Assembly (NCBI GenBank): GCA_964304625.1
Contig: OZ199839.1
Coordinates: forward strand, 6,151,000 to 6,214,999
Direction: 5' to 3'
Length of the DNA stretch: 64,000 nucleotides
Source of the DNA: Kudoa neothunni
Lineage: Eukaryota > Animalia > Cnidaria
The translations under genes were made by a program, and so were the position numbers. The notes beneath the pieces were generated by a model. It did not search any database. It saw only the letters and a program-made list of their open reading frames with translations, and was not told where the DNA came from. Below, one piece after another: positions 12,283 through 21,815 of the stretch (within the stretch, counting starts at the first letter, position 1; each line of letters opens with the position of its first letter).

Positions 12283-13902
12283 ATGGTGAAACAAATAAAC
12301 AAAACGGATCCTCTTGAGTTGAGAGAAGACGATGCTAAAACATCTAAATCGATATCATCATCATTAGCTTCGGCTAAAAAGATATTCCGTTACGATGAAC
12401 TGTTGAAAGTGGATAAAAACACACCACGATCTCAGTTTCAGTTTATCACCATTTGCCGGCCGATTTCTATGAATAAATTCGACATAGAAAAACATTCGGG
12501 AGTAGATTCTTTCTCCAGAAGCGACTCAGAATGTGCCAAGTTTTTGGTCGATAACGAGTCCGCACATTCAAACACTTTCTGTGAAACGGCTGCTTCACAA
12601 TATAATCCAATAGACGATATCAGTAATCGACCGGTTGTAAGTATGCTGCTGGAAGATGAAGAAAATTCCAGCGAAACATACCACACCTCTGGAGGGAGAG
12701 AGCGAGAGGGAGAACGAGAACAAGAATGTTCTCGTCATTATAATACCGCTCACTCAATTCACACTCACGATAAATCCACAGTCACCTGTAACGTAGATGA
12801 GCTGGTGCGTGAAGGTGACTATGCTATATCGGTGGGTATTCTACCACAACGCATACATCAAGGCAGTAGCGGGAGTTATTTTGTGAAGAATGTCAACCAG
12901 CAGGTGATCGCAGTATTCAAACCAAAAAACGAAGAACCTTATGGCCGTCTGAACCCCAAATGGCTGAAATGGATGCACAAAACATGTTTGCCGTGTTGTT
13001 TTGGTCGCAGTTGTATTCTACCGAATCAAGGCTATCTATCCGAAGTAGGCGCCAGCGTGGTCGACAGCTATTTGGGTACTAATATTGTGCCCAAAACCTC
13101 AATAGCTTGGCTGTCCAGTCCCACATTCAATTATGGCCGAATTGATCGATCAAATCTACGAGCGAAACGACTTCTCACAAAGAGTATGCCAAATTCGGTT
13201 TGCAAAAAAATCAAATGTGAACTTCCATCGAAGGTGGGGTCCTACCAAGAATTTGTTCATGATTTTATGGCGTCGAACCTATTTTTAAACAAAATTAATG
13301 AATCGTTTTTTGAGTCTAAAATGGGACATGTGTTTTTGGAAAAATTCCAAAGAATGACACTACTTGACTATTTCATACGTAACACTGACCGTGGCAATGA
13401 CAACTGGCTGCTACATTTCGAAAACAAAGAAATACTTGAAATGCCCAATTTTTGGGATCACTGTGATGATGTAAATGATGAGATTATTGAATTGGCCGCT
13501 ATCGATAACGGTCTAGCATTTCCATTCAAACATCCCGATTCCTGGAGATCCTACCCCTTTCTCTGGGCATGGCAACCTTGTGCTAAAATCCCTTTTCTCG
13601 ACTCAATCAAGGAAAAATTCCTACCAAAACTCACCTCGTTGGATTCCATTGACGATCTTGTTTGTAGACTACGAGCATTATTCAGCATCGACAAAGGATT
13701 CAGTGAGGATCGATTCGACGATCAAATGGCCGTAATGAAAGGCCAAATCTACAATATTTGTAATGCTTTTCGTAACGATATGTCTCCTTTTGATATGGTC
13801 AAACAAAATGCTATTTATATTCGATCTCAAGGTGCATGGGACACTGTATCTATTTCGGATGAAAATGTCCACAAAAAACATCCCCTATTTTCCTGTATTT
13901 GA
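12283..13902 (+). CDS. PI4K2: Phosphatidylinositol 4-kinase type II (PI4K2A/B-like), 539 aa, intron-free CDS
   Basis: Motifs RIHQGSSGSYFV, VFKPKNEEPYG, the Cys-rich palmitoylation-type motif CLPCCFGR, NQGYLSE, LDYFIRNTDRGNDNWL and AAIDNGLAFPFKHPDSWRSYPF. Confidence 0.95.
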   Translation: MVKQINKTDPLELREDDAKTSKSISSSLASAKKIFRYDELLKVDKNTPRSQFQFITICRPISMNKFDIEKHSGVDSFSRSDSECAKFLVDNESAHSNTFCETAASQYNPIDDISNRPVVSMLLEDEENSSETYHTSGGREREGEREQECSRHYNTAHSIHTHDKSTVTCNVDELVREGDYAISVGILPQRIHQGSSGSYFVKNVNQQVIAVFKPKNEEPYGRLNPKWLKWMHKTCLPCCFGRSCILPNQGYLSEVGASVVDSYLGTNIVPKTSIAWLSSPTFNYGRIDRSNLRAKRLLTKSMPNSVCKKIKCELPSKVGSYQEFVHDFMASNLFLNKINESFFESKMGHVFLEKFQRMTLLDYFIRNTDRGNDNWLLHFENKEILEMPNFWDHCDDVNDEIIELAAIDNGLAFPFKHPDSWRSYPFLWAWQPCAKIPFLDSIKEKFLPKLTSLDSIDDLVCRLRALFSIDKGFSEDRFDDQMAVMKGQIYNICNAFRNDMSPFDMVKQNAIYIRSQGAWDTVSISDENVHKKHPLFSCI

Positions 13903-15905
13903 ATTAATTTTTGTTTTTTTATTTTTTGTTTATTGTTTATTTTGATGAATTATGCGCAGCTTAATTAGTAGCTTAGTAATGTAAATACTAATACACATCA
14001 ATAAATAAAATTAAAATACAGAAAACTTCTATATTGCGTTATTCGTTATTTTTTTAACATATTTTTTAAGAATTTTATTTTGATGAGAACAAATAATAAT
14101 AATTTAAGTCGGAAATCTTTTTTTGATGATTTAATTCTATATAAGATGTAAAATGCCTTGCAATTAAAGCTGAAACTAGCTCGATTCCAGATACATATTG
14201 AAGATAAAATCAAAGTAAACAAACATTATGATACATTGAATAGTCAAGGTTCGAACTATGGTTGCACAGATACCATATTTTAAACCTCACTTGTTTTAGA
14301 CGTTTTTTGTATTCTAATGAGATTGCGCCAAAATTTTTAGTCCTTAAAATAAAAGCTTTTTTTCTATAAAATTTACTTATTTTTTCACTTAATAAGGGAA
14401 CCTACCTGATTGTGGTAATGGTAACGTGCGCGGCACCTAAAAAACATCTTCTTGCGCATTTGTTTCGAATTTCTTGTTTCAACAAACATTGAATTATTTT
14501 CATTCTTTCTTAGTTATTAACTCAAAAGTTATTAATTATTACAATATAGATTTTTACTATTGATATATAATAATATACAAACTAACTTTAAAAATAAACT
14601 TTTTGCAAATTTCACGAAAACATCTCATTTTTCACATTAATAAAAATACTTTGTGAACTTATAAATATAGATATCAATGTACCAAAATTTATGTTAGTTT
14701 TTAATTTTTTTTTATTAAATTTTTTATTAGAAATTAAGAAATTATTCAGTTTTTATTATTAAATCTCAGGAACTAAATTTCTAAAATTGATTATATTGAT
14801 TTTTTTACCTTGAAATATATGTCAAACATTCGAAATAAATTTTTTAAGTATATTTTTATGGTTTCATAAGTTTTGTTATATGCTAAAATTTCTTGACAAC
14901 AAATTCAGAAAAATATACTAATTGTGAATATTTCAAAATGTAAACATTACATGTTAATTAAGGTTATTATTTTTGCCAGTACATATATAATTCATTTAAA
15001 CTAATAGGTTTATAGAAATAACAAATTTTTCGTTTTTATGTTTTTTTATAACTACATTTTTACGTTCATCGAATGCTATAATAAACACACATGGAAGATT
15101 TCCTCATAAAAAGTAATAACTTCCTATAATCTACCTTAAGTTATAACCCCAAAAATTTAATCAATATCTAAAGTTTAATCTTCATTAAGATTTGATATAT
15201 ACTGTGGAAAATACAGTCAAGTTATGATATGATATGGTAAAATCTAATTTTATTGTTGTTACATATTCTAATTGATAAAACAATTATCATAGAATGTACG
15301 TTCAGTTGTTATTAATTAAGAGTATGATATATTTTGAACAAGGAGGTATCGAATAAATTATTAAAGATCGTATGTCTTTCTACCGATTTATCTATTATTG
15401 AATTTTAGTGTTATTAATCCTGTTTTTGCAGTATAATAAATGTAACTAATTAATTAATTTAATTCTTCGAAGCCGATAATTGGTGTAAAAGTTATTATTA
15501 TGAAGCGTTTCTTTCTATTAAATGGTTTAACCTTAGGTATCGAAAGAAAATCTAACTAATCCGTGCTCGGATTTTTTGTTTTCCGTATGGATTTAATATT
15601 TTACTAGTGTTACTTATTTATGAGGATTTGAAATGTTAAAATGAATTGAAAATTTATTCTTTTCGTATTTATATACAATAATCCAATATTATCAATTGCT
15701 TGTATACTTCAATTCTAGGATATGCGTACCGATTTTAGTGTCATCTTCTCATTTTAAAAATAGTTCGAGTTCAAACACTTAACAAAATATTGAACAGATT
15801 GAGTTTTAATATATAATTATTAATTATACACAATAATAATTTATTAGATAATACATAATAATAATAATAATCCTTGTAAAACTTTTTGAATTCAAAACAA
15901 CTTTT

Positions 15906-15942
<37 letters not shown>

Positions 15943-16621
15943 GTTTATCTTGAAACTAAAAAAATATACCTTCAAAAAGTCTTCTATGGATTATGTTACG
16001 ATTAGGCATGTAATTAAATTGCATTAGTAAAGGGTCACTATTTCAAGGTTTAGGATGCGTATTCAGTTGCCATAGTTCGTTTAAAAAAATTAAAATTTTT
16101 TTCAATCACGTAAAAGTCTATAAAATGTTTTGATACAAATTTTAAAAATAAAGCGTCAACGGGATGAAATTATTTCTATAATTTTATTAAATGAAACTCC
16201 AGCGCAAAAAATTGAAAAAACAATTAACATATTTGCGTATCCAATAGTAAAATCTTAAAAAAACATTTTCAAAGAAGATAAAAATATATTTCGAGAGAAA
16301 TCGTGAAAAATATAGGAACTAATTGTATTCATTCAAAAGTATGTAACAAAGACTAAGTAATCCGAATTCTTTGGTGAATGTACGCATAAATAAAATATAT
16401 AAATCAAAAATAAATATGATAAATAATTTTTATATAAACTGTATTTATATATGTTGTAAATTAGCGATAATATCATTTATATACGCATAACCAAATATAC
16501 ACGCATGCGTACACGTGTAATAACAACCAATATAAAATAAACATGTTTCAACTCACATACATCATTTGAAAATTAAGAATAATTCATCACTTAGTTTAGC
16601 TCAAAATTTTGATATACAGTA

Positions 16622-16738
16622 TGTAGTGAACCTAATATAATTAATCATCACCTTTATGTTATGGTCGAGGTTCGTCGTCGGTGGCGTGGTTAGTTTTGTT
16701 GAACCGTGTTTTCTATAGCTTGTCGCTGCCGCGTTACA
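16622..16738 (+). repeat. 5' LTR (117 bp)
   Basis: TGTAGTG...CGTTACA; identical by eye to 20670-20786. Confidence 0.95.
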
Positions 16739-16763
16739 TTTGGTGTCAGAGGTCCAAGTGAAA

Positions 16764-17504
16764 ATGAAAATCAAGGAAATTAATTTTGATATGCCGATCG
16801 ACGTGCAACTTGAGGAATTGGAGGCAAGATCCCTCATAAAAAACCACACGACGGAACAACATTACGCGTTCCTGCTACTAGCAATACCTATCCACCAACG
16901 TCCAATGTTAAAGCCGTCCGATCAAGAGAAACTCGAATTGGGTCCCGTAGAAGCGTTGACGAGGAGGATAAAGGGATATTATGCAAGTGTCACAAGTATA
17001 CAAAACCAGTGGACGATTTTCTTGAACGACAAAATAAAGTCAGGAGAGAGAATCCAAGAATTTGCCAATCGAATTTTGCTTCGCCTAAAAGCGGCTAGAC
17101 CGAATGCGACGGCGGAAGATATAATATTCTTCCTGAAACCAAAAATTGTTGAGACAGTGCCAAAAATGTACCAACCCATATTGAACAGTGAATCCACCGG
17201 AAACATGGCGGTACTCGTGGAGAAAGCCCAAGCGTATCTTGACGCAAATCCGACAGACGCAACCGATACGACCCCATACATAAATGCTGTGAAACAACCA
17301 ATTTATCCTACTCGACCACCCAACAAACAGGAATGTTATAAATGTGGTAGTAGATACCATTTTGGCCACGAATGTAAGGGCCTCATACGCTGTAACATAT
17401 GCCAAAAGGTTGGGCACATGGCAAAAAAATGCTATAGTCGGTCGGGAAACGAAAAAGGGGGCAGGCCTACTCTCGAGCCTCGCTCCCGAATTCACCGAAA
17501 TTAG
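16764..17504 (+). CDS. gag: Gag with two CCHC zinc knuckles
   Basis: CYKCGSRYHFGHEC and CNICQKVGHMAKKC. First ATG is at 16764. Confidence 0.9.
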   Translation: MKIKEINFDMPIDVQLEELEARSLIKNHTTEQHYAFLLLAIPIHQRPMLKPSDQEKLELGPVEALTRRIKGYYASVTSIQNQWTIFLNDKIKSGERIQEFANRILLRLKAARPNATAEDIIFFLKPKIVETVPKMYQPILNSESTGNMAVLVEKAQAYLDANPTDATDTTPYINAVKQPIYPTRPPNKQECYKCGSRYHFGHECKGLIRCNICQKVGHMAKKCYSRSGNEKGGRPTLEPRSRIHRN

Positions 17505-17510
17505 AGAGTA
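17444..17510 (+). promoter_or_regulatory. -1 programmed ribosomal frameshift signal (slippery heptamer plus predicted pseudoknot)
   Basis: G_GGA_AAC is in the gag frame (17444-17450), followed by a 6-nt spacer. Stem 1 is GGGGGCAGGC/GCCTCGCTCCC. Loop TACTCTC pairs with downstream GAGAGTA (17504-17510). The -1 frame is open into pol. Confidence 0.8.
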
Positions 17511-20500
17511 TTGCCATGACTACTAATATTCGAAACGAAGGCACGCCCCAGGGATTAATTGTGTCTTGTGCTTGCCCAGGATCCGAAAATTCATTTAGTG
17601 GCTTGGTGGATACAGGATCGTCGCATACCCTCATTAATGGAAAACTTATCAATAATAGTATGAATGTAGTGGAGTGTCCTTATATGTGTCTTTTCTCTGC
17701 GCGTGGCGACAAGATTGAAATATCGCATTTTATCACAATTCAAGTGCATATTGGTAGAGTTTGGGTAGATTGCAAAGCATTTATTGTTAACAATCTGATA
17801 TACGATGCTATTATTGGGAGAGATTTTTTGTTCGAACATTGTAATATCATTATTGATACGAAATTATCTGATGGTCATTTGAACAATATCCCGCCAAGGA
17901 GCCAGTCGGTCAATACAATAAAATATCCATTACAGTCACTGGTAAAATCCCGAGATATCAAAGGTGTTAATATGGTTCGGTCTGTGGAAAGAGCTGGTGA
18001 TTGCTCAGTCGGAGAATACGCCATCCATAGGATTGTAACCGACGGTCACGAACCAATTTCATCTAGACCCTATAGAGTTCCCATACACTACAGGGATGCG
18101 GTAGACAAAGAAATAGACAGGATGCTATCGTTGGGAGTGATACAACGATCAAAAAGTGCTTGGTCATCTCCAGTTGTGATAGTGGAGAAGAAGAGCGGTG
18201 ATCTACGTCTGTGCGTCGATTACAGGAAATTGAACGATGTGACCGTAAAAGATGAATATCCACTGCCAATTCTTGAAGAAGTATTGGATTCACTTGGGGG
18301 TGCAAATTTTTTCTCAACTCTGGACTTGCAATCCGGCTATTGGCAAATACCGATGGCACCGGAGGATGTTGAAAAAACTGCATTTAGTCATGGTCGTGGA
18401 CTTTACGAATTTCTCAAAATGCCCTTCGGATTGTGTAATGGTCCAGCCACATTCCAAAGAATAATGGACAGACTACTTAGCGATTTGCCCTTTGCTATAG
18501 CATACCTTGACGATATTGTGATATTCTCAAAGTCAAAATCTGAACATATGGACCACGTTGATATAGTATTGGAGAGGCTGGACACGGCAAATTTGAAAAT
18601 TAACAACGAAAAATCCAAATTCTGCAAAAACGAGCTGGCTTATTTGGGATTCATTATCTCCAAGGATGGTATTCGGAATGACCCTGATAGAGTAAAAAGT
18701 ATATTGGACTGGAAAGAACCAAAATCCAAAGATGACTTGCAAGCTTTTCTTGGCGCTTTAAACTTTATGCATAGACACATTAAAGGATTGGCTAAGCTCT
18801 CATCACATTTTACGGATATGATGTCATCGAAGGTACCATTCAAATGGGATGACGACGAAAGGAAAATGTTCCGCATATTGAAGGAGGCTGTAAAGGAGTC
18901 ACCTACTTTAGCATATCCGAATCCGGACATTCCATTCTATCTTGAATGTGATGCATCAAATACAGCTGTTGGAGCAGTGCTTTATCAGAGCCCGGAGAGA
19001 AAAGATGTCATTGCCTATACAAGTAAAAAGTTAAATTGCAGCCAAAAGAACTATAGTGTGACAGACAGAGAGGCATTGGCGATCGTAAACGCTGTACGAA
19101 AATTTCGACATTACTTGATTGGGAAAAAATTCTTCATATTGACAGATCACAATCCCCTGGTCTATTTGAGGAGCATGAAAGATCCAAGAGGGAGACGCGC
19201 TCGTTGGTTGATGGAAATGGAAGACTATTGTTATGAAATTATGTATAAACCTGGATGTCAAAACAACATTGCGGATGCCCTGTCCAGAAGCGTGCTCAGT
19301 ATGGGAACATATGCTACCTACGATCAATTAAGGACAGCACAAAACGAGGATAAATGCATACAAGTCGCTAAAAATGCCAAGAGGAATCCGACGGAATCGA
19401 CAAAATTATCTGGAAACTCTGAACTGAAGAAATTGTATGATAGAAGAGACAAATTGGAAATGGTGGATGGATTACTTTGTCACGCCTCACGTTTTGGTAA
19501 ATTACCTGTTGTTCCATGGCGAATGAGAAGAATGATCGTTAAAAAAGTACATGAGGAATGTGCACACTCAGGAATAACGAAGACAGTACAAGTATTACGG
19601 AGAAATTTTTATTGGCCAACGCTAGAAGACGATGTTACATCTATGATAAAAAAGTGTGATATATGCCTGAAAGTGAAAGGAAATACTCATAAAGTAAAAG
19701 CACCACTAATGCCGATCCCCGTGCTAGGTCCTTGTGTAAGATGGCACGTAGATTTTATGGGACCAATGGAAACTACATCAAACGGTAATAGGTTTGTAAT
19801 TCTATTTATAGATCAATTTACTAAATGGGTGGAAGCAAAAGCCTTATCAACAATCACAGCTAAAGAAACCGCGGATGCTTTCTTTGAATTGATAATATCG
19901 CGCCACGGTTGCCCGAAATATCTACATTCGGATCAAGGAGTTCAGTTTGAATCAGTATTATTCGGTGATGTCTGTAGACTTTTTGGTGTTCAAAAGTCGC
20001 GGTCGACGGCCTATCACCCGGAAGGAAATGGCATGGCAGAGCGTCAAGTACGTAACATAAAAACTAAACTTAAAGCTCTCATTCTGGAAAACAACGCAGA
20101 ATGGGACCAAAGTTTAGATAAAGCCCTTCTGGCTACTAGAATAACGCCGTCAGCAACTACGGGTTATAGCCCCGCGTATTTAATGTATGGTAGAGAATTA
20201 GTTACACCTACTAGTACAATATCCTACAATCTAAACAATGCTGTTACAAACCCTCATGTTTACGCTGAGAAACTCTCGAATGCAATGAGAAGCGCATTAA
20301 ACAAAGCAAAAGAGAATATAGAAGAGGCACAAACGAAACAGTCTTATTACTACAACCGCAAAAATGTCAATGGAAAACAGAAAATAGGAAGTCATGTCTA
20401 CATAAAGAATAGGAAAATCACTTCACTTGCCCCAAAATATGAAGGACCATATAAGGTAATAAAGGCAAAAGGCCCTGTTTGTTTTGTTGAAAACCACACC

Positions 20501-20644
20501 AATAAAATTCAGTCCGTCCATGAAAATGACGTCTTGCCAACATATACCATCGATGAGTCAAATACCAATCCGAACACTAAACAAAACAATAGACCTACGA
20601 GAAACAAGAAAAGGCCGCTATACCTTGATGATTTCGAAGTATAA
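17450..20644 (+). CDS. pol: Pol polyprotein PR-RT-RNaseH-IN (probably expressed as Gag-Pol; in-frame ATG at 17516)
   Basis: Protease LVDTGS, RT LCVDYRKLN / MPFGL / YLDD, RNase H CDAS..TDHNPL, integrase HHCC and DDE core, and the GPY/F motif APKYEGPYKV. Domain order is Ty3/Gypsy. Confidence 0.95.
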   Translation, partial: RKRGQAYSRASLPNSPKLESIAMTTNIRNEGTPQGLIVSCACPGSENSFSGLVDTGSSHTLINGKLINNSMNVVECPYMCLFSARGDKIEISHFITIQVHIGRVWVDCKAFIVNNLIYDAIIGRDFLFEHCNIIIDTKLSDGHLNNIPPRSQSVNTIKYPLQSLVKSRDIKGVNMVRSVERAGDCSVGEYAIHRIVTDGHEPISSRPYRVPIHYRDAVDKEIDRMLSLGVIQRSKSAWSSPVVIVEKKSGDLRLCVDYRKLNDVTVKDEYPLPILEEVLDSLGGANFFSTLDLQSGYWQIPMAPEDVEKTAFSHGRGLYEFLKMPFGLCNGPATFQRIMDRLLSDLPFAIAYLDDIVIFSKSKSEHMDHVDIVLERLDTANLKINNEKSKFCKNELAYLGFIISKDGIRNDPDRVKSILDWKEPKSKDDLQAFLGALNFMHRHIKGLAKLSSHFTDMMSSKVPFKWDDDERKMFRILKEAVKESPTLAYPNPDIPFYLECDASNTAVGAVLYQSPERKDVIAYTSKKLNCSQKNYSVTDREALAIVNAVRKFRHYLIGKKFFILTDHNPLVYLRSMKDPRGRRARWLMEMEDYCYEIMYKPGCQNNIADALSRSVLSMGTYATYDQLRTAQNEDKCIQVAKNAKRNPTESTKLSGNSELKKLYDRRDKLEMVDGLLCHASRFGKLPVVPWRMRRMIVKKVHEECAHSGITKTVQVLRRNFYWPTLEDDVTSMIKKCDICLKVKGNTHKVKAPLMPIPVLGPCVRWHVDFMGPMETTSNGNRFVILFIDQFTKWVEAKALSTITAKETADAFFELIISRHGCPKYLHSDQGVQFESVLFGDVCRLFGVQKSRSTAYHPEGNGMAERQVRNIKTKLKALILENNAEWDQSLDKALLATRITPSATTGYSPAYLMYGRELVTPTSTISYNLNNAVTNPHVYAEKLSNAMRSALNKAKENIEEAQTKQSYYYNRKNVNGKQKIGSHVYIKNRKITSLAPKYEGPYKVIKAKGPVCFVENHTNKIQSVHENDVLPTYTIDESNTNPNTKQNNRPTRNKKRPLYLDDFEV

Positions 20645-20669
20645 TCCATTATTCTAAAAGGGGGAGTAA

Positions 20670-20786
20670 TGTAGTGAACCTAATATAATTAATCATCACC
20701 TTTATGTTATGGTCGAGGTTCGTCGTCGGTGGCGTGGTTAGTTTTGTTGAACCGTGTTTTCTATAGCTTGTCGCTGCCGCGTTACA
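20670..20786 (+). repeat. 3' LTR (117 bp)
   Basis: Copy of 16622-16738, followed by TSD CAGTA. Confidence 0.95.
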
Positions 20787-21815
20787 CAGTAACTTATGGA
20801 TCGTGCGAAATTAGAAGACATACGTAATATCGCAATAAAACGTAAATTTAAGAATATATAGAAAAGTTAATTTGTATTCTATAAACTTTATAATAAAAAT
20901 AACGTATTTCCTAAATTTACCTTTAGAAAAATTAAAATAATAATTGTCATGTATTTTATGGCTCGTGCGTAATGAATTTTCTTCAAAACAGAAAAAATTA
21001 TGCCTTATGCGTCTACAGATGGTAAAAAAATTCCAACGCTATCCAAAAAGTTGAAATTATAAAATATTATTATAACCATACAGACTGCTTTTTTAACATA
21101 ATAACGATTATTCTATTCATAAGTAATAGCAACTCTTAAAAGGGAGAATAAATGGATATTTATCTAAAAATGAAGGAGTGGATTGAACTGAATAGAGCAA
21201 AGAAGACGGAATAACCTCAATATTTTGTTATCAGTAAATCTAATGAATTTTTTATGATGCCTCGAAATCAATACCTGTGTCTATTAGTTGGTTTATGACT
21301 TTGTAAAAAGGTTTAACATTTCGCATAATAGATTTTTAGCGAATCTTAAAATTTAAATCTACTTCCATTACGAATTAAATCGAATATTAAACTAAATAAA
21401 TATGTTAGTTGGTTGAAATATAACCTAATTTAAAAATTTTTGTTTAATTTCGCACTATCCATAGGTCATTGTATATTGTTCAAATTTAATTGAAAAAGTA
21501 ATAACATAAGATATACGAAAAATATAAGGATTCTTAATATATTGAAAACTTTTATAAAAAGATTAAATTAATATAAAAAATGAAGTTTGATGAAATAATG
21601 ATAACTTTAGCGTATTTTCTTAATTAATAGATGCCGTAGTTGAAGTCAATTTTGTACGTTTTAATATATATAATATATATCCCTCAAATTTTAAAAAAAT
21701 AATTAATTATTTAAACTAAGAGCTATGTTTACTGTATGCACGTTTATGTGAAAAATTGCAAAAAATAGAATTATACATAAACCATTCTAATATATAATGT
21801 GTATGACAGTATTTA

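Larger units (their letters stand above)
16622..20786 (+). mobile_element. Full-length Ty3/Gypsy LTR retrotransposon, Mag-like
   Basis: Identical 117-bp TG..CA LTRs (16622-16738 and 20670-20786). TSD CAGTA on both sides. PBS TGGTGTCAGA at 16741 (tRNA-Leu-type 3' end complement). PPT AAAAGGGGGAG just before the 3' LTR. Both gag and pol are open. Confidence 0.97.

Noticed and set aside
16601-19327. Numerous antisense and alternate-frame ORFs within the retrotransposon
   Set aside because: Expected shadows of a GC-richer coding region. No motifs, and many have non-ATG starts.
16030-21770. Older DNA element hosting the retrotransposon (recurrent TACGCA/TGCGTA words)
   Set aside because: Candidate termini match too weakly to define boundaries.
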